NCBI GenBank assembly: GCA_964642015.1
Contig: CAZXLF010000007.1
Location: forward strand, 11,964 to 75,963
Origin: an uncultured Planctomycetia bacterium
GTDB taxonomy: Bacteria; Omnitrophota; Gorgyraeia; 2-02-FULL-51-18
Direction of reading: 5' to 3'
DNA length: 64,000 nucleotides
Part shown: piece after piece, positions 19,898 through 29,139 of the stretch
How positions within the stretch are numbered: position 1 is the stretch's first letter
Layout: each line of letters starts with the position of its first letter
Made by a program: the position numbers and the translations under genes
The notes under the pieces: model-generated
What the model was told of the DNA's origin: nothing
Seen by the model: only the letters and a program-made list of their open reading frames with translations
The model's database searches: none

Positions 19898-21145
19898 TTA
19901 AATATGACTTTCCTTTATTTGACTTATAAAATAACCTTTGCTCAGGATCGTTTTTACAAGATCTCCTTTTTTCAAAACACCTGATGACGTGATGAGTTTT
20001 TCTTCGGGCAATTTGAGCGACACGCTGAATCCTCTTTTTAGCACTGCAAGCGGCCCAAGCGCCTCGAGTTTTCCTGTTAAAGCGGAAAATCTTTCTGCTT
20101 GAAGATCTAAAAGTGTCTGCATAAATGTATCAAGATTTTTTCTGAATTCATCGAGCCTTTGTGACATGATCTCAAAAATTCCCAGAGGATCCCTGAGACC
20201 TTGGCTTTCAATGAGCTGTTTTAATTCCTGGCGAAGCATTTTTAACTTCGCAGTAAATGCCTGAAAGGAACGCATTTTAAGATCTGAAACTTTTAGAATC
20301 AATTCATCTTTAAGCGGCAGAACGATCTCAGCCGCAGCTGACGGTGTCGCAGCCCGAAGATCTGCTACAAAATCCGCTATCGTAAAATCAACCTCGTGGC
20401 CGACCGCAGAAATAACCGGGATCTTCGAATCATAGATCGCGCGCGCAACGATCTCTTCGTTGAACGCCCAAAGGTCTTCCAGACTTCCGCCTCCGCGTCC
20501 GACAATAAGGACGTCCGCGTTTTTTAGTTCATTAAAATCCGTTATCGCATCAGCGATGGATTCGGCGGCTCCGCTTCCCTGTACTTGCACCGGATAAATG
20601 ATCACATGAACACTTGAAAACCTGCGTTCCAGCACATGAAGAATATCCCGAAGCGCAGCTCCGTCGATCGAGGTAACTACTCCGATCTTTGAAGGAAGAT
20701 AAGGGATTTCTTTTTTATGAGCTTCATCAAATAATCCTTCCAGTTTCAGTTTTTCTTTCAATTTTTCAAATTTAAGCTGTAAAGCGCCGATACCTTTTGG
20801 CTCTATTCTTTCAATGTAAAGCTGATACTGTCCCCGGATCGGATAAACACTCACACGGCCAAAGCAAATTATGCTCAAACCTTCCTTCAGATCAAAATCC
20901 AATTTCTGATTATCCGTGCGGAACATCACGCATTGAATCTGTGACGTCTCGTCTTTCAGCGCAAAATACATGTGTCCGGAAGTATGGAACTTAAAATTGG
21001 AAACTTCACCTTCGACCCAGATGCTGGAAAAATTTTCTTCCAGCATGAACCGGATATTCCGTGTCAGATCCGACACGGAAAACACACGGCGGCTTGATTC
21101 TAATGGGACCGTCTTTAATTCTGACGAAACTTGCGAAGTTGTCAT
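19898..21145 (-). CDS. xseA: Exodeoxyribonuclease VII large subunit
   Basis: WVEGEVSN, SGHMYFALKD, RGGGSLEDLWAFN, SAVGHEVD, ATPSAAAE. Confidence 0.97.
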   Translation of the reverse strand: MTTSQVSSELKTVPLESSRRVFSVSDLTRNIRFMLEENFSSIWVEGEVSNFKFHTSGHMYFALKDETSQIQCVMFRTDNQKLDFDLKEGLSIICFGRVSVYPIRGQYQLYIERIEPKGIGALQLKFEKLKEKLKLEGLFDEAHKKEIPYLPSKIGVVTSIDGAALRDILHVLERRFSSVHVIIYPVQVQGSGAAESIADAITDFNELKNADVLIVGRGGGSLEDLWAFNEEIVARAIYDSKIPVISAVGHEVDFTIADFVADLRAATPSAAAEIVLPLKDELILKVSDLKMRSFQAFTAKLKMLRQELKQLIESQGLRDPLGIFEIMSQRLDEFRKNLDTFMQTLLDLQAERFSALTGKLEALGPLAVLKRGFSVSLKLPEEKLITSSGVLKKGDLVKTILSKGYFISQIKESHI

Positions 21146-21937
21146 TTAGATCAGCTTTTTATGAACACGTTCTATTTTCACCGCTTTTCCGGAATGCTCA
21201 TCAACCGTGATGATCGCTCCGGACAAACGGACATCGTTTTTCGCCACTTCTTTCTTTACATTAAGCTGTGTCAAAAATTTCTCAATGATAGGCCCTTTTT
21301 CGGCTCCGATCACCGAATCATAAGGTCCCGTCATTCCAAGATCCGTGATGCAGGCAGTGCCTTTTTCAGTGACACGCTCATCCGCAGTCTGAACATGCGT
21401 GTGAGTGCCGACGACTGCGGACACTCTCCCGTCCAAATACCAAGAAATAGCCGTTTTTTCACTTGTAGCTTCCGCGTGCATATCAACGATGATTACTTGA
21501 GCGTTTTGTTTTTTCAATTTTGCTATCTCTTCATCCGCGATCAGAAAGGGTGACGTAAAGTTATATCTCATAAAAACCTGCCCGGCGACATGGATCACCC
21601 CGATCTTGATCCCTTTATGTTCGACTACACAGGAACCGGCTCCGGGCAAACCTGCCGGAAAATTGGCCGGACGGATAAGCCGGGATTCTTTTTTTAAATA
21701 TTCCTCCACTTCCTTTTTCTTATCAAAAAAATGATCGCCGCCGGTCAAAACATCGCAGCCGTTGATAAAAAGCTCTTTTGCGACCGATTCGGTGATGCCT
21801 GCACCGCCCGCTGCATTTTCAGCATTGCAGATCACAAAATCAAATTCACCACTTGATCTCATCGGTCCGACAAAACGCTCGACTGCTTTTCTTCCAGGTT
21901 CTCCGTACGTATCACCGATGGCAAAGATCTTGATCAT
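21146..21937 (-). CDS. ymdB: YmdB family metallophosphoesterase
   Basis: NAENAAGG, DMHAEATSEK, GTHTHVQTAD, TDLGMTG. Confidence 0.93.
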   Translation of the reverse strand: MIKIFAIGDTYGEPGRKAVERFVGPMRSSGEFDFVICNAENAAGGAGITESVAKELFINGCDVLTGGDHFFDKKKEVEEYLKKESRLIRPANFPAGLPGAGSCVVEHKGIKIGVIHVAGQVFMRYNFTSPFLIADEEIAKLKKQNAQVIIVDMHAEATSEKTAISWYLDGRVSAVVGTHTHVQTADERVTEKGTACITDLGMTGPYDSVIGAEKGPIIEKFLTQLNVKKEVAKNDVRLSGAIITVDEHSGKAVKIERVHKKLI

Positions 21938-23508
21938 TTGGCTATTTCTTCGACGCGCGTCTCGCGTATCACGATCACTTTGACCTGCCCGGGAAATTTC
22001 AGATTGCTCTCGATCTTTTTCGATATCTCATGCGCGAGCGCAGGCAATGAATCTTCCGGAACGCGGTCGGGTTTCACCATCACACGTATCTCACGTCCTC
22101 CCTGGATTGCATAAGATTTTTCGACACCGGGATGTTTATCGGCGATGGATTCCAGATCATTCAGACGTTTCACGTAATTTTCCAGACTTTCACGGCGCGC
22201 CCCGGGCCTTGCGGCGCTTACAGCATCAGCAGCCTGCACCAGCATCGGCCAGACTGATTTCATTTCGATATCTTCATGATGTGCCTCGATCCCATGGATC
22301 ACATCCGGATGCTCGCCGTAGCGGCGCGCCAATTCGCCACCGATCAACGCATGCGGCCCTTCTACATCATGGCTGACAGCTTTTCCAAGATCATGCAAAA
22401 GACCCGCGCGGCGCGCAAGCACAGGGTCCAGCTTCATCTCGCCTGCGATCACATTCATTAAGTAAGCCACTTCAAGCGAATGCGCCAGAACATTCTGTCC
22501 GTAGCTTGAACGGAATTTGAGACGTCCTAAAAGCTTCACGACCTCCGGATGAACATTTGCAATGCCAACTTCTACAAGCGCTTTTTCACCTTCTTCTTTC
22601 AAAACATTTTCCATATTCCTTTTGACTTTTTGCACGACTTCTTCGATACGCGCCGGGTGGATGCGTGTATCCTTGATAAGCTCTTCCAAAGAAAGCCGCG
22701 CAACTTCGCGCCGAACTCCGTCAAACGCCGACAAGACCACTGTGCCCGGTGTATCATCGATGATCAAATCCACACCCGTCAAAGTTTCAAATGATTTGAT
22801 ATTACGCCCGTCTTTCCCGATGATTCGTCCTTTCATTTCCTCATTCGGAAGTGTAACAGTCGTGACCGTTGATTCCATGGAGTGCTCGGCTGCACACCGC
22901 TGAATTGCAAGACTCAAGATCTTCTTGGCTTTTTTATCCGCAAGCTCTTCCGCTTCGGCTTCGATTTGGCGGATCATGCGGCTTGCGTCATTACGCACAT
23001 CGATCTCAAGACGCTTAAGATACTGTGTTTTGGCCTCTTCGGGATCAAGACCTGAAATCCGTTGTAAAATCTGCCGCTCCTCGGAAAATAACTTTTGCAG
23101 CTCGCTTTCTTTTTCTCCGATCGTTTTTTCTTTATTTGTCGCTTCCTGAAGTTTAAAAAGCGCCTCGCGTTCTTTTTTTTCAACAATGTCCAATTTCTGA
23201 TCTATCGTTTGTTCTTTATGCTTGAAGATTTTCTCAGAATTTTCAAAGTCTCGCATCCTCTGGGAGACTTTATTGTCGAAATCCGTCTGGATCTTGGCGA
23301 AATATTGTTTGCTCTCCTTTTCGGATTTTTTCACAATATCTTCGGACTCGCGTTTGGCATTGACCAATATCTCACGTGCCTTCGATTCGGCCGTGCGGAT
23401 CAGACGCTCGGCATATCGTTTTCGAATGAAATACCCCAAAGCAAAGCAAATACCGGCTAAAAATATTCCGCCGATGACCAATAAAAAAATATCGTTTGTG
23501 TCCATCAT
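21934..23508 (-). CDS. rny: Ribonuclease Y
   Basis: TM anchor, coiled coil, KH domain (KGRIIGKDGRNI), HD domain (LLHDLGK). Confidence 0.97.
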   Translation of the reverse strand: MMDTNDIFLLVIGGIFLAGICFALGYFIRKRYAERLIRTAESKAREILVNAKRESEDIVKKSEKESKQYFAKIQTDFDNKVSQRMRDFENSEKIFKHKEQTIDQKLDIVEKKEREALFKLQEATNKEKTIGEKESELQKLFSEERQILQRISGLDPEEAKTQYLKRLEIDVRNDASRMIRQIEAEAEELADKKAKKILSLAIQRCAAEHSMESTVTTVTLPNEEMKGRIIGKDGRNIKSFETLTGVDLIIDDTPGTVVLSAFDGVRREVARLSLEELIKDTRIHPARIEEVVQKVKRNMENVLKEEGEKALVEVGIANVHPEVVKLLGRLKFRSSYGQNVLAHSLEVAYLMNVIAGEMKLDPVLARRAGLLHDLGKAVSHDVEGPHALIGGELARRYGEHPDVIHGIEAHHEDIEMKSVWPMLVQAADAVSAARPGARRESLENYVKRLNDLESIADKHPGVEKSYAIQGGREIRVMVKPDRVPEDSLPALAHEISKKIESNLKFPGQVKVIVIRETRVEEIAK

Positions 23509-23512
23509 AAGA

Positions 23513-24046
23513 TTAATCCGTCAAAACCATATCCAATTTTACGTCATGAGCCTCTGCCGGGACTGTTTGAATAACCTGGAACGAGAACGCAAGACCTATT
23601 TTTAAAACTGTCGGATCAAATTTTTTCAAAAAACGGTCGTAATAACCGATCCCATGTCCGATCCGGTAATTTTTTTTGTCGAACGCAACACCGGGAACAA
23701 TAATACAATTTACTTCTTCCAATTCCGCAAGCCGCGTCCTTTCAGGACGCGGTTCCATGACATCATAAGACCCTTTCTTAAGATCCTTCTTTGGATCTTT
23801 GATCTCATGGAGACTTAATTCTTTATTCATTTCGACACGCGGAACAAGCACATGTTTTTTCATGGCCAATGCCTCGTCAATCATCTCTCTTGTGTCGGGT
23901 TCCAATGGCAATGAAACATAAAAACAGACGCAACGGCTTTTTTTGAATTCATCCAGGGAGAAAAGCTTTTTTTTGATAATAAGACTTTTGGCTTTTAGCT
24001 CTTTTGGGGTAATAGCTCGAAGTTTTTTTAAAACTTCGGCTCTCAA
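23513..24046 (-). CDS. ygfA: 5-formyltetrahydrofolate cyclo-ligase (start may lie a few codons upstream)
   Basis: IVPGVAFD...RIGHGIGYYDRFL, HDVKLD. Confidence 0.92.
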   Translation of the reverse strand: MRAEVLKKLRAITPKELKAKSLIIKKKLFSLDEFKKSRCVCFYVSLPLEPDTREMIDEALAMKKHVLVPRVEMNKELSLHEIKDPKKDLKKGSYDVMEPRPERTRLAELEEVNCIIVPGVAFDKKNYRIGHGIGYYDRFLKKFDPTVLKIGLAFSFQVIQTVPAEAHDVKLDMVLTD

Positions 24047-24084
24047 ATCCTTTTTCGTCCGCAGTGTGATACTCTAGTTTCCTT

Positions 24085-24140
24085 AAAAACAAAAAGCCCA
24101 AAACTATAGTCCTTTGCAAGACTATATGGTTATTGGACTT
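24085..24140 (-). terminator. Intrinsic terminator-like hairpin in the ygfA-rny leader
   Basis: AAGTCCAA..TATAGTCTT-GCAA-AGGACTATA..TTGGGCTT followed by TTTGTTTTT. Confidence 0.65.
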
Positions 24141-24191
24141 ATGAGATTTTGCCTATTGAAATGATCCCTAACCCTTCTAAAGATTAGGGTT

Positions 24192-24220
24192 ATTATAACA
24201 CGGCGTTTTTTAGGTAGCAA
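24192..24220 (-). promoter_or_regulatory. Near-consensus sigma70 promoter upstream of ygfA-rny operon
   Basis: TTGCTA-17 nt-TATAAT with extended -10 TG. Confidence 0.7.
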
Positions 24221-24250
24221 GAATACGTAAGAAGCTGTTTTACAAGCGCT

Positions 24251-24706
24251 TTAGATGTGAAAAGCGTATTGGGAGGCCGGTTTACTCTTCTTGAATCGGC
24301 GCGCCTCATCGATCAGATCTTTTAAAGTGGCGCCGGCCAGACCTGTTTCAATAGAAGATTTGAATTTGTCCCAAAAGATAAAATTAGCGATCGCTACTTC
24401 GTCGGTTTCGGGCGTTAATTTTACTTTATTGTTTAATTCCAAGGTATTTTTATTGCTCAAAACATAAAAAAGAGAGTCTAGACGGATCTCGGAAGGTTTT
24501 TTCGTCAAAACATATCCGCCCTGAGGTCCGCGCACGCTTTTGACAAACCCTTTTTTCTTAAGCGCATTGAGAATCTGCTCAAGATACGCGACGGAAATGC
24601 CTTCTTTCTTCGCTATTTGAGTCACGGAAAGTGAACCCTCACCGTACCGGCTAGCTAGCACCAGGACGGCCTTTAAGCCATAAAGTGTACGGGTAGAAAA
24701 TTTCAT
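24251..24706 (-). CDS. Rrf2 family regulator, CymR-like (no Cys ligands)
   Basis: YLEQIL...SVRGPQGGY; no cysteines; ends YAFHI; last gene of the sulfur gene run. Confidence 0.85.
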   Translation of the reverse strand: MKFSTRTLYGLKAVLVLASRYGEGSLSVTQIAKKEGISVAYLEQILNALKKKGFVKSVRGPQGGYVLTKKPSEIRLDSLFYVLSNKNTLELNNKVKLTPETDEVAIANFIFWDKFKSSIETGLAGATLKDLIDEARRFKKSKPASQYAFHI

Positions 24707-24714
24707 AAATTTTT

Positions 24715-24945
24715 TTATCTTTGACTAGCTCTGATCTTCACGATCTGAAGCTCGGCTTTCATTTCATCGAGCTGTTTGAGAATAAGATCCTGATTCGCCA
24801 GAATTTTATCAAGCTTGACAGAGACCATATCCGTATTGACAGGTGTCGGAGCGGGAGCTGTATTATTTTCATCCGCAAACGAATGATTGACCGCAAAAAA
24901 CAAAAGCGATCCAAAAAAAATTGCGAGTATAAGATTTTTTTTCAT
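24715..24945 (-). CDS. Small secreted coiled-coil protein
   Basis: SD AAGGAG, signal peptide ending SFA, short coiled coil. Confidence 0.65.
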   Translation of the reverse strand: MKKNLILAIFFGSLLFFAVNHSFADENNTAPAPTPVNTDMVSVKLDKILANQDLILKQLDEMKAELQIVKIRASQR

Positions 24946-24961
24946 TTTGCTCCTTTACAGA

Positions 24962-25252
24962 TTAATGGGACAAGATCTTTGCTTTATCGGATTTTATCTT
25001 TTCTTCTACGGAATAAGCCGAACCTGAAAAATGTTTGCTGAACTTATCGAAGATCCGCGAGATCAATAACACAAAAGCATGCACAAAACATGCGGTTCCC
25101 AATCCTGCGGCAATGCCAAAATGCTCAAAAGGATAAGGATATTTTTGTTTTTGAAAAAGTATGTCAGTATAACGGTAAACGAGATAAAAAGCGGCTGCAG
25201 GCGCAATGATCGACAAAATAACAAAAAAGATCGAGGGAAGTTTTTTCCTCAA
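24962..25252 (-). CDS. Small two-TM hypothetical protein
   Basis: TTG start overlapping upstream stop; two hydrophobic helices. Confidence 0.5.
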   Translation of the reverse strand: MRKKLPSIFFVILSIIAPAAAFYLVYRYTDILFQKQKYPYPFEHFGIAAGLGTACFVHAFVLLISRIFDKFSKHFSGSAYSVEEKIKSDKAKILSH

Positions 25253-25767
25253 GAAGCACTGTCTCCGGTAACTGGCTCCACCTTAATGCCGAGTGACTCC
25301 AGAAATTTGATGCCTTTGACAAGATTTTCTTCGGTGCCTTCGAGCTCAAGCATCATTTCACCAACGGTTTCCGTGACACGCGCTTTGCGGATATTAGGCA
25401 TGATGTCGTATTTTTTCGCCATCGTGAATACCGCGGGCTTTTTGATCTGGTCAGGAGGAAAAACAAGCGTCACTCTTTTTTTAGACAGCTTTGCTCCACC
25501 GGCAATCGCGGGAATGATGGAAATATCATCCCCATCCTTTAAAGAGGTATCCTGACCCTGCAAAAAACGAATGTCTTCCTCATTCACGTAAATATTCACG
25601 AACCGCCGCAGTTTTCCATCGCCGTCGCAGAGACGTTCTTTGATACCGGGATGTTTTTTTTCAAGATCCGAAAGCATTTGATTAATGTTGGATGCATCGC
25701 AGCTGACTTCGCTCTGGTTGTTCGTCAATTTCTGCAAAGGGGTCGGGATCCTTACTTTGATTGCCAT
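25249..25767 (-). CDS. MoaD/CysO-type ubiquitin-like sulfur carrier fused to a C-terminal NIL domain
   Basis: VRIPTPL...[14 protein letters not shown]...IIPAIAGG continues in frame into KRVTLVFP...NIRKARV...GEMMLELEG (NIL); strong SD. Confidence 0.85.
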   Translation of the reverse strand: MAIKVRIPTPLQKLTNNQSEVSCDASNINQMLSDLEKKHPGIKERLCDGDGKLRRFVNIYVNEEDIRFLQGQDTSLKDGDDISIIPAIAGGAKLSKKRVTLVFPPDQIKKPAVFTMAKKYDIMPNIRKARVTETVGEMMLELEGTEENLVKGIKFLESLGIKVEPVTGDSAS

Positions 25768-25778
25768 ACTTCCTCCTT

Positions 25779-25917
25779 AAATGAGCGCAGGATTTACGCT
25801 ACAAAAGCGTAATTCTACATCGCGAATTCCCGCCACAGAACACTGGCGGGTCCGCGGGTCCGCCGCGCTTTTTGGCGGATATCCTGAGAAGATTCCTCAG
25901 AATCGACGAAGGATCTC
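25779..25917. repeat. Composite GC-rich palindromic (REP-like) intergenic element
   Basis: Consecutive hairpins: TTACGCT/AGCGTAA, CCCGCCA/TGGCGGG, TCCGCC/GGCGGA, ATCCTGAG..GATTC/GAATC..CGAAGGAT. Confidence 0.6.
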
Positions 25918-27178
25918 ACTTTGAGACCCAAACATCTTCTTTTATCTTTGTTTCATTTCTCAGTGAACGTTCGAACGACTCTAAACTCGGCTTGATGCGG
26001 TAAGGTTTTCCGATATGATCGGAAACCGCTTCTTGTGTTTTTAATCCATTCCCGGTGATGCAAATAACACATGATTCATTTTTCGGAATAACACCGTTCT
26101 CGATCAACTTTTTAGTCGACGCAACCGTGACACCGCCGGCTGTTTCGGTAAAAATGCCTTCCGTACTTGCCAAAAGTTTTATTCCGTCGATGATCTCTTG
26201 ATCCGTCACTGTTTCTCCGTTGCCACCGCTTTCTTTCATCGCGTCAAGTGCATAAGGGCCATCAGCGGGATTACCGATCGCCAAAGATTTTGCGATCGTC
26301 TTGGGCTTCACGGGTTTTATAATTTCGCTTTTCTGTCTCAAAGCCGTTACGACCGGTGAACAGCCTTCGGCTTGCGCCGCATAAATTTTCGAATTTAATG
26401 AATCGATCAATCCCAATTTTTTAAATTCATTGAACGCTTTCCAAATTTTTACCAAAAGCGAACCGCTCGCAACGGGCACGACAACGTGTTGAGGGACACG
26501 CCAACCCAATTGTTCCATGATCTCGTATCCATAGGTCTTTGAACCTTCGGCATAATAAGGGCGAATATTGATATTTACGAAAGCCCAGCGATAACGTGCT
26601 GCGATCTCGGCACAGAGTCGGTTGACGTCATCATAATTGCCTTCGACGGCAACAAGATTGGGCGCATACGTCAATGATCCGATCACTTTTCCAAGCTCAA
26701 GATCCGCCGGAATAAAAATAAAGCGGTTAAGCCCAGCCCATGCGGCTTGCGCACTTACTGAACCGGCAAGATTTCCCGTGGAAGCGCAAGCGACAGTTTT
26801 AAAACCAAGTTCTTTTGCTTTCGTCAGAGCGACCGCAACCACGCGGTCTTTAAAGGAAAGTGTAGGATGACATACTGAATCGTCTTTAATGTAAAGTTCT
26901 TTCATTCCCAACTCTCGCGCGAGATTGTCTGCACGGAATAAAGGAGTAAAGCCCGCATGAAAACCTACAGTCGGATGCTTGTCGATCGGAAGCAGATCGC
27001 GGTAGCGCCAAATACTTTTCGGACCTTTTTCGATCTTTTCTCGGGAGATAACTTCTTTGATCTTGTTATAGTCGTAATCAACTTCAAGTGAACCGAAGCA
27101 AAATTCGCAGACATAGATCGACTCGATCGGATAAAGCCGATGGCATTCTCTGCATTTTAAACCTTTGACGTAACCCAT
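25916..27178 (-). CDS. Threonine synthase-like PLP enzyme (candidate sulfur-carrier-dependent O-phosphohomoserine sulfhydrylase)
   Basis: N-terminal CxxC..CxxC, PTLSFKDR, ASTGN, NIRPYYAEGSKT, ITGNGLK; adjacent to sulfur carrier. Confidence 0.8.
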   Translation of the reverse strand: MGYVKGLKCRECHRLYPIESIYVCEFCFGSLEVDYDYNKIKEVISREKIEKGPKSIWRYRDLLPIDKHPTVGFHAGFTPLFRADNLARELGMKELYIKDDSVCHPTLSFKDRVVAVALTKAKELGFKTVACASTGNLAGSVSAQAAWAGLNRFIFIPADLELGKVIGSLTYAPNLVAVEGNYDDVNRLCAEIAARYRWAFVNINIRPYYAEGSKTYGYEIMEQLGWRVPQHVVVPVASGSLLVKIWKAFNEFKKLGLIDSLNSKIYAAQAEGCSPVVTALRQKSEIIKPVKPKTIAKSLAIGNPADGPYALDAMKESGGNGETVTDQEIIDGIKLLASTEGIFTETAGGVTVASTKKLIENGVIPKNESCVICITGNGLKTQEAVSDHIGKPYRIKPSLESFERSLRNETKIKEDVWVSK

Positions 27179-27252
27179 TGAATTTCCTTAACTAATAATT
27201 ATTCAATTTTGATGAATGAATTCATCTATTTGATGAGAATTTTCCAAGTCTA

Positions 27253-28275
27253 TCACTTCTTCTCAGTTGTTTCAACTTTCGTCTCCGAAATCTCTTTCAA
27301 GAACCGCGTATCATAAAGGAACTTCAAATCCGGATCTTTTTTAAGAAAACCGGCATGGTAAGCGGCGAGCGCCTGCGCTCTCACAGTGGACGGAAGAGGA
27401 TCCGTGGTAAATTCCACGCGATTCCATGCCCGGTCCAGCAGTTCTTGAGACAGAGGCTTACCTGTTTCTTTCTCGATCTCCTTTTTAAAAACGACTTTGG
27501 CTTCTTCAGGATTCGAACGGATCCAATTCGTGATCTTTACGTGCGTCTCGAGGAAACGCTTCACCAGGGCGGGATGTTCTTCAAGAAACTTCGCACGAAC
27601 AAGTACGACCGTCGTCGCATACCGGCCATCTTTCCAAAGAGAGGCTTCATCCAAAAATACTTTTCCTCCCGCCGTTTGTTCCAAGATAGAAACCCACGGC
27701 TCGACGGTCCACGAAGCGTCGATTTCTTTTTTAAGGAACAACGTCACATGATCTGCATTTGAAACAGGGATCACCTGAACATCGCCACCCACTTCTTTTA
27801 ACTTCAACCCTTGTTTGTCAAGCCACGAACGAAGCGAAACGTCCTGTGTATTTCCAAGCTGCGGAGAAGCTACTTTCCTTCCGTGAAAATCTTCGGGCTT
27901 TGTAATACCGCTATCCGAGCGGATCACCAGCGCCGCACCGCCTGAACTTGAACCCGACACAATGCGCACCGCTTCGCCTTCCGATTTCACATAGGCATTG
28001 ATCGCCGGACTAGGACCAATATAGGCGATATCCAGCTTTCCTGCGAATAATGCCTCAATGGCCGAAGGACCGGCGTTGAATATTTTCCAGTCTACTTCCG
28101 CGTTCGGCGACAAATTATCTTCAAACCAGTGATTCGCGTGACCGATCACTCCTTGAGCGTGCGTGATGTTTGAAAAATGTCCAACGCGGACTTTTGTCTG
28201 CGTTGGATCCGCCGAAGCTTTAGTGGCGGATCCAAAAAGGCTGATTGCAACCAACAGTAAGATTAACTGCTTCAT
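27253..28275 (-). CDS. SsuA/NitT-type ABC substrate-binding protein
   Basis: Signal peptide from Met 28275, NITHAQ, FNAGP, YIGPSPA, SPQLGNTQD, VEPW. Confidence 0.85.
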   Translation of the reverse strand: MKQLILLLVAISLFGSATKASADPTQTKVRVGHFSNITHAQGVIGHANHWFEDNLSPNAEVDWKIFNAGPSAIEALFAGKLDIAYIGPSPAINAYVKSEGEAVRIVSGSSSGGAALVIRSDSGITKPEDFHGRKVASPQLGNTQDVSLRSWLDKQGLKLKEVGGDVQVIPVSNADHVTLFLKKEIDASWTVEPWVSILEQTAGGKVFLDEASLWKDGRYATTVVLVRAKFLEEHPALVKRFLETHVKITNWIRSNPEEAKVVFKKEIEKETGKPLSQELLDRAWNRVEFTTDPLPSTVRAQALAAYHAGFLKKDPDLKFLYDTRFLKEISETKVETTEKK

Positions 28276-28298
28276 TTTCTTTCCAACTCCAAAATTTT

Positions 28299-29129
28299 TT
28301 AACTTTTTTTTCCGGATAGCCAAAACCACCCTGCCCATGTTGATTCTGATCTATCTAATCCCCAAATTCTTCTGACACGCTTTTCCAATAATCCAAAAAC
28401 CAACATGTCCATGAATACTCCGATGGATATGATCACGATCATCACCGCGATCACCTGACTCATGTCGTTTAATTCTCTGCCCATGTTCAAGAGATGCCCG
28501 AGTCCGAGACTCACAAAAAGGATTTCGCCGGCCATCAGCGAGCGCCACGCGAATGACCAACCCTGTTTTAAACCCGACAGGATAGAAGGCAGCGCCGCCG
28601 GCAAAACCACGTCGGTGAACATACACATGCCTGAGGCACCCATGTTGCGGCCTGCGCGCAGATAAATAGGTTGAATATTTTTTACACCAGAATCCGTCGC
28701 AATAGTCACCGATAAAAGTGAACCCATCACGACCACGAACGTGATCGCCGATTCATTGAGACCAAACCAAAGTATCGCAAGCGGCAGCCAGCAAATACTG
28801 GGCAGCGTTTGAAGTCCGGAGAAAAAACCACCCAGCGTTTCATCTAAAAGTTTTGACTTTCCGATAACCAAGCCCAAAGCAATGCCGAAAAAAACGGAGA
28901 TCGAATAACCGATCAGAATTCTTTTCAAACTCACACCGATCGCGATGAAAAACGTTTTATTTTTAAAACCGTCCGCCAGCGTCTCTAAAACCTGTCCGGG
29001 CGAAGGGAAAAGATACTGCGGCCAAAGTTTGAGACTGAATAAAAATTGCCACAACATTAAAAGAAGTAGATAAAAAACAATCTGTCTCAAAATTTTAAAG
29101 AATAAGTTGTTAAAATTCAGCTCAAACAT
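28299..29129 (-). CDS. SsuC/TauC-type ABC permease
   Basis: FPSP, QTLPSICWLPLA, GWSFAWRSLMAGE, GLGHLL. Confidence 0.88.
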   Translation of the reverse strand: MFELNFNNLFFKILRQIVFYLLLLMLWQFLFSLKLWPQYLFPSPGQVLETLADGFKNKTFFIAIGVSLKRILIGYSISVFFGIALGLVIGKSKLLDETLGGFFSGLQTLPSICWLPLAILWFGLNESAITFVVVMGSLLSVTIATDSGVKNIQPIYLRAGRNMGASGMCMFTDVVLPAALPSILSGLKQGWSFAWRSLMAGEILFVSLGLGHLLNMGRELNDMSQVIAVMIVIISIGVFMDMLVFGLLEKRVRRIWGLDRSESTWAGWFWLSGKKS

Positions 29130-29139
29130 TGATTTGATA

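Noticed and set aside
24047-24250. Canonical 6S RNA (ssrS) upstream of ygfA
   Set aside because: Only about 95 nt between promoter and U-tract and no long rod with central bubble; kept as an unexplained leader
25779-25917. SAM riboswitch in the sulfur operon
   Set aside because: No SAM-I core elements (ATC...GAT P1 with GCAACC, GTGC) recognisable; hairpins look REP-like
27190-27240. Short palindrome GATGAA-TGAA-TTCATC between ssuA-like and ThrC-like genes
   Set aside because: Weak AT-rich stem without U-tract; cannot be distinguished from chance
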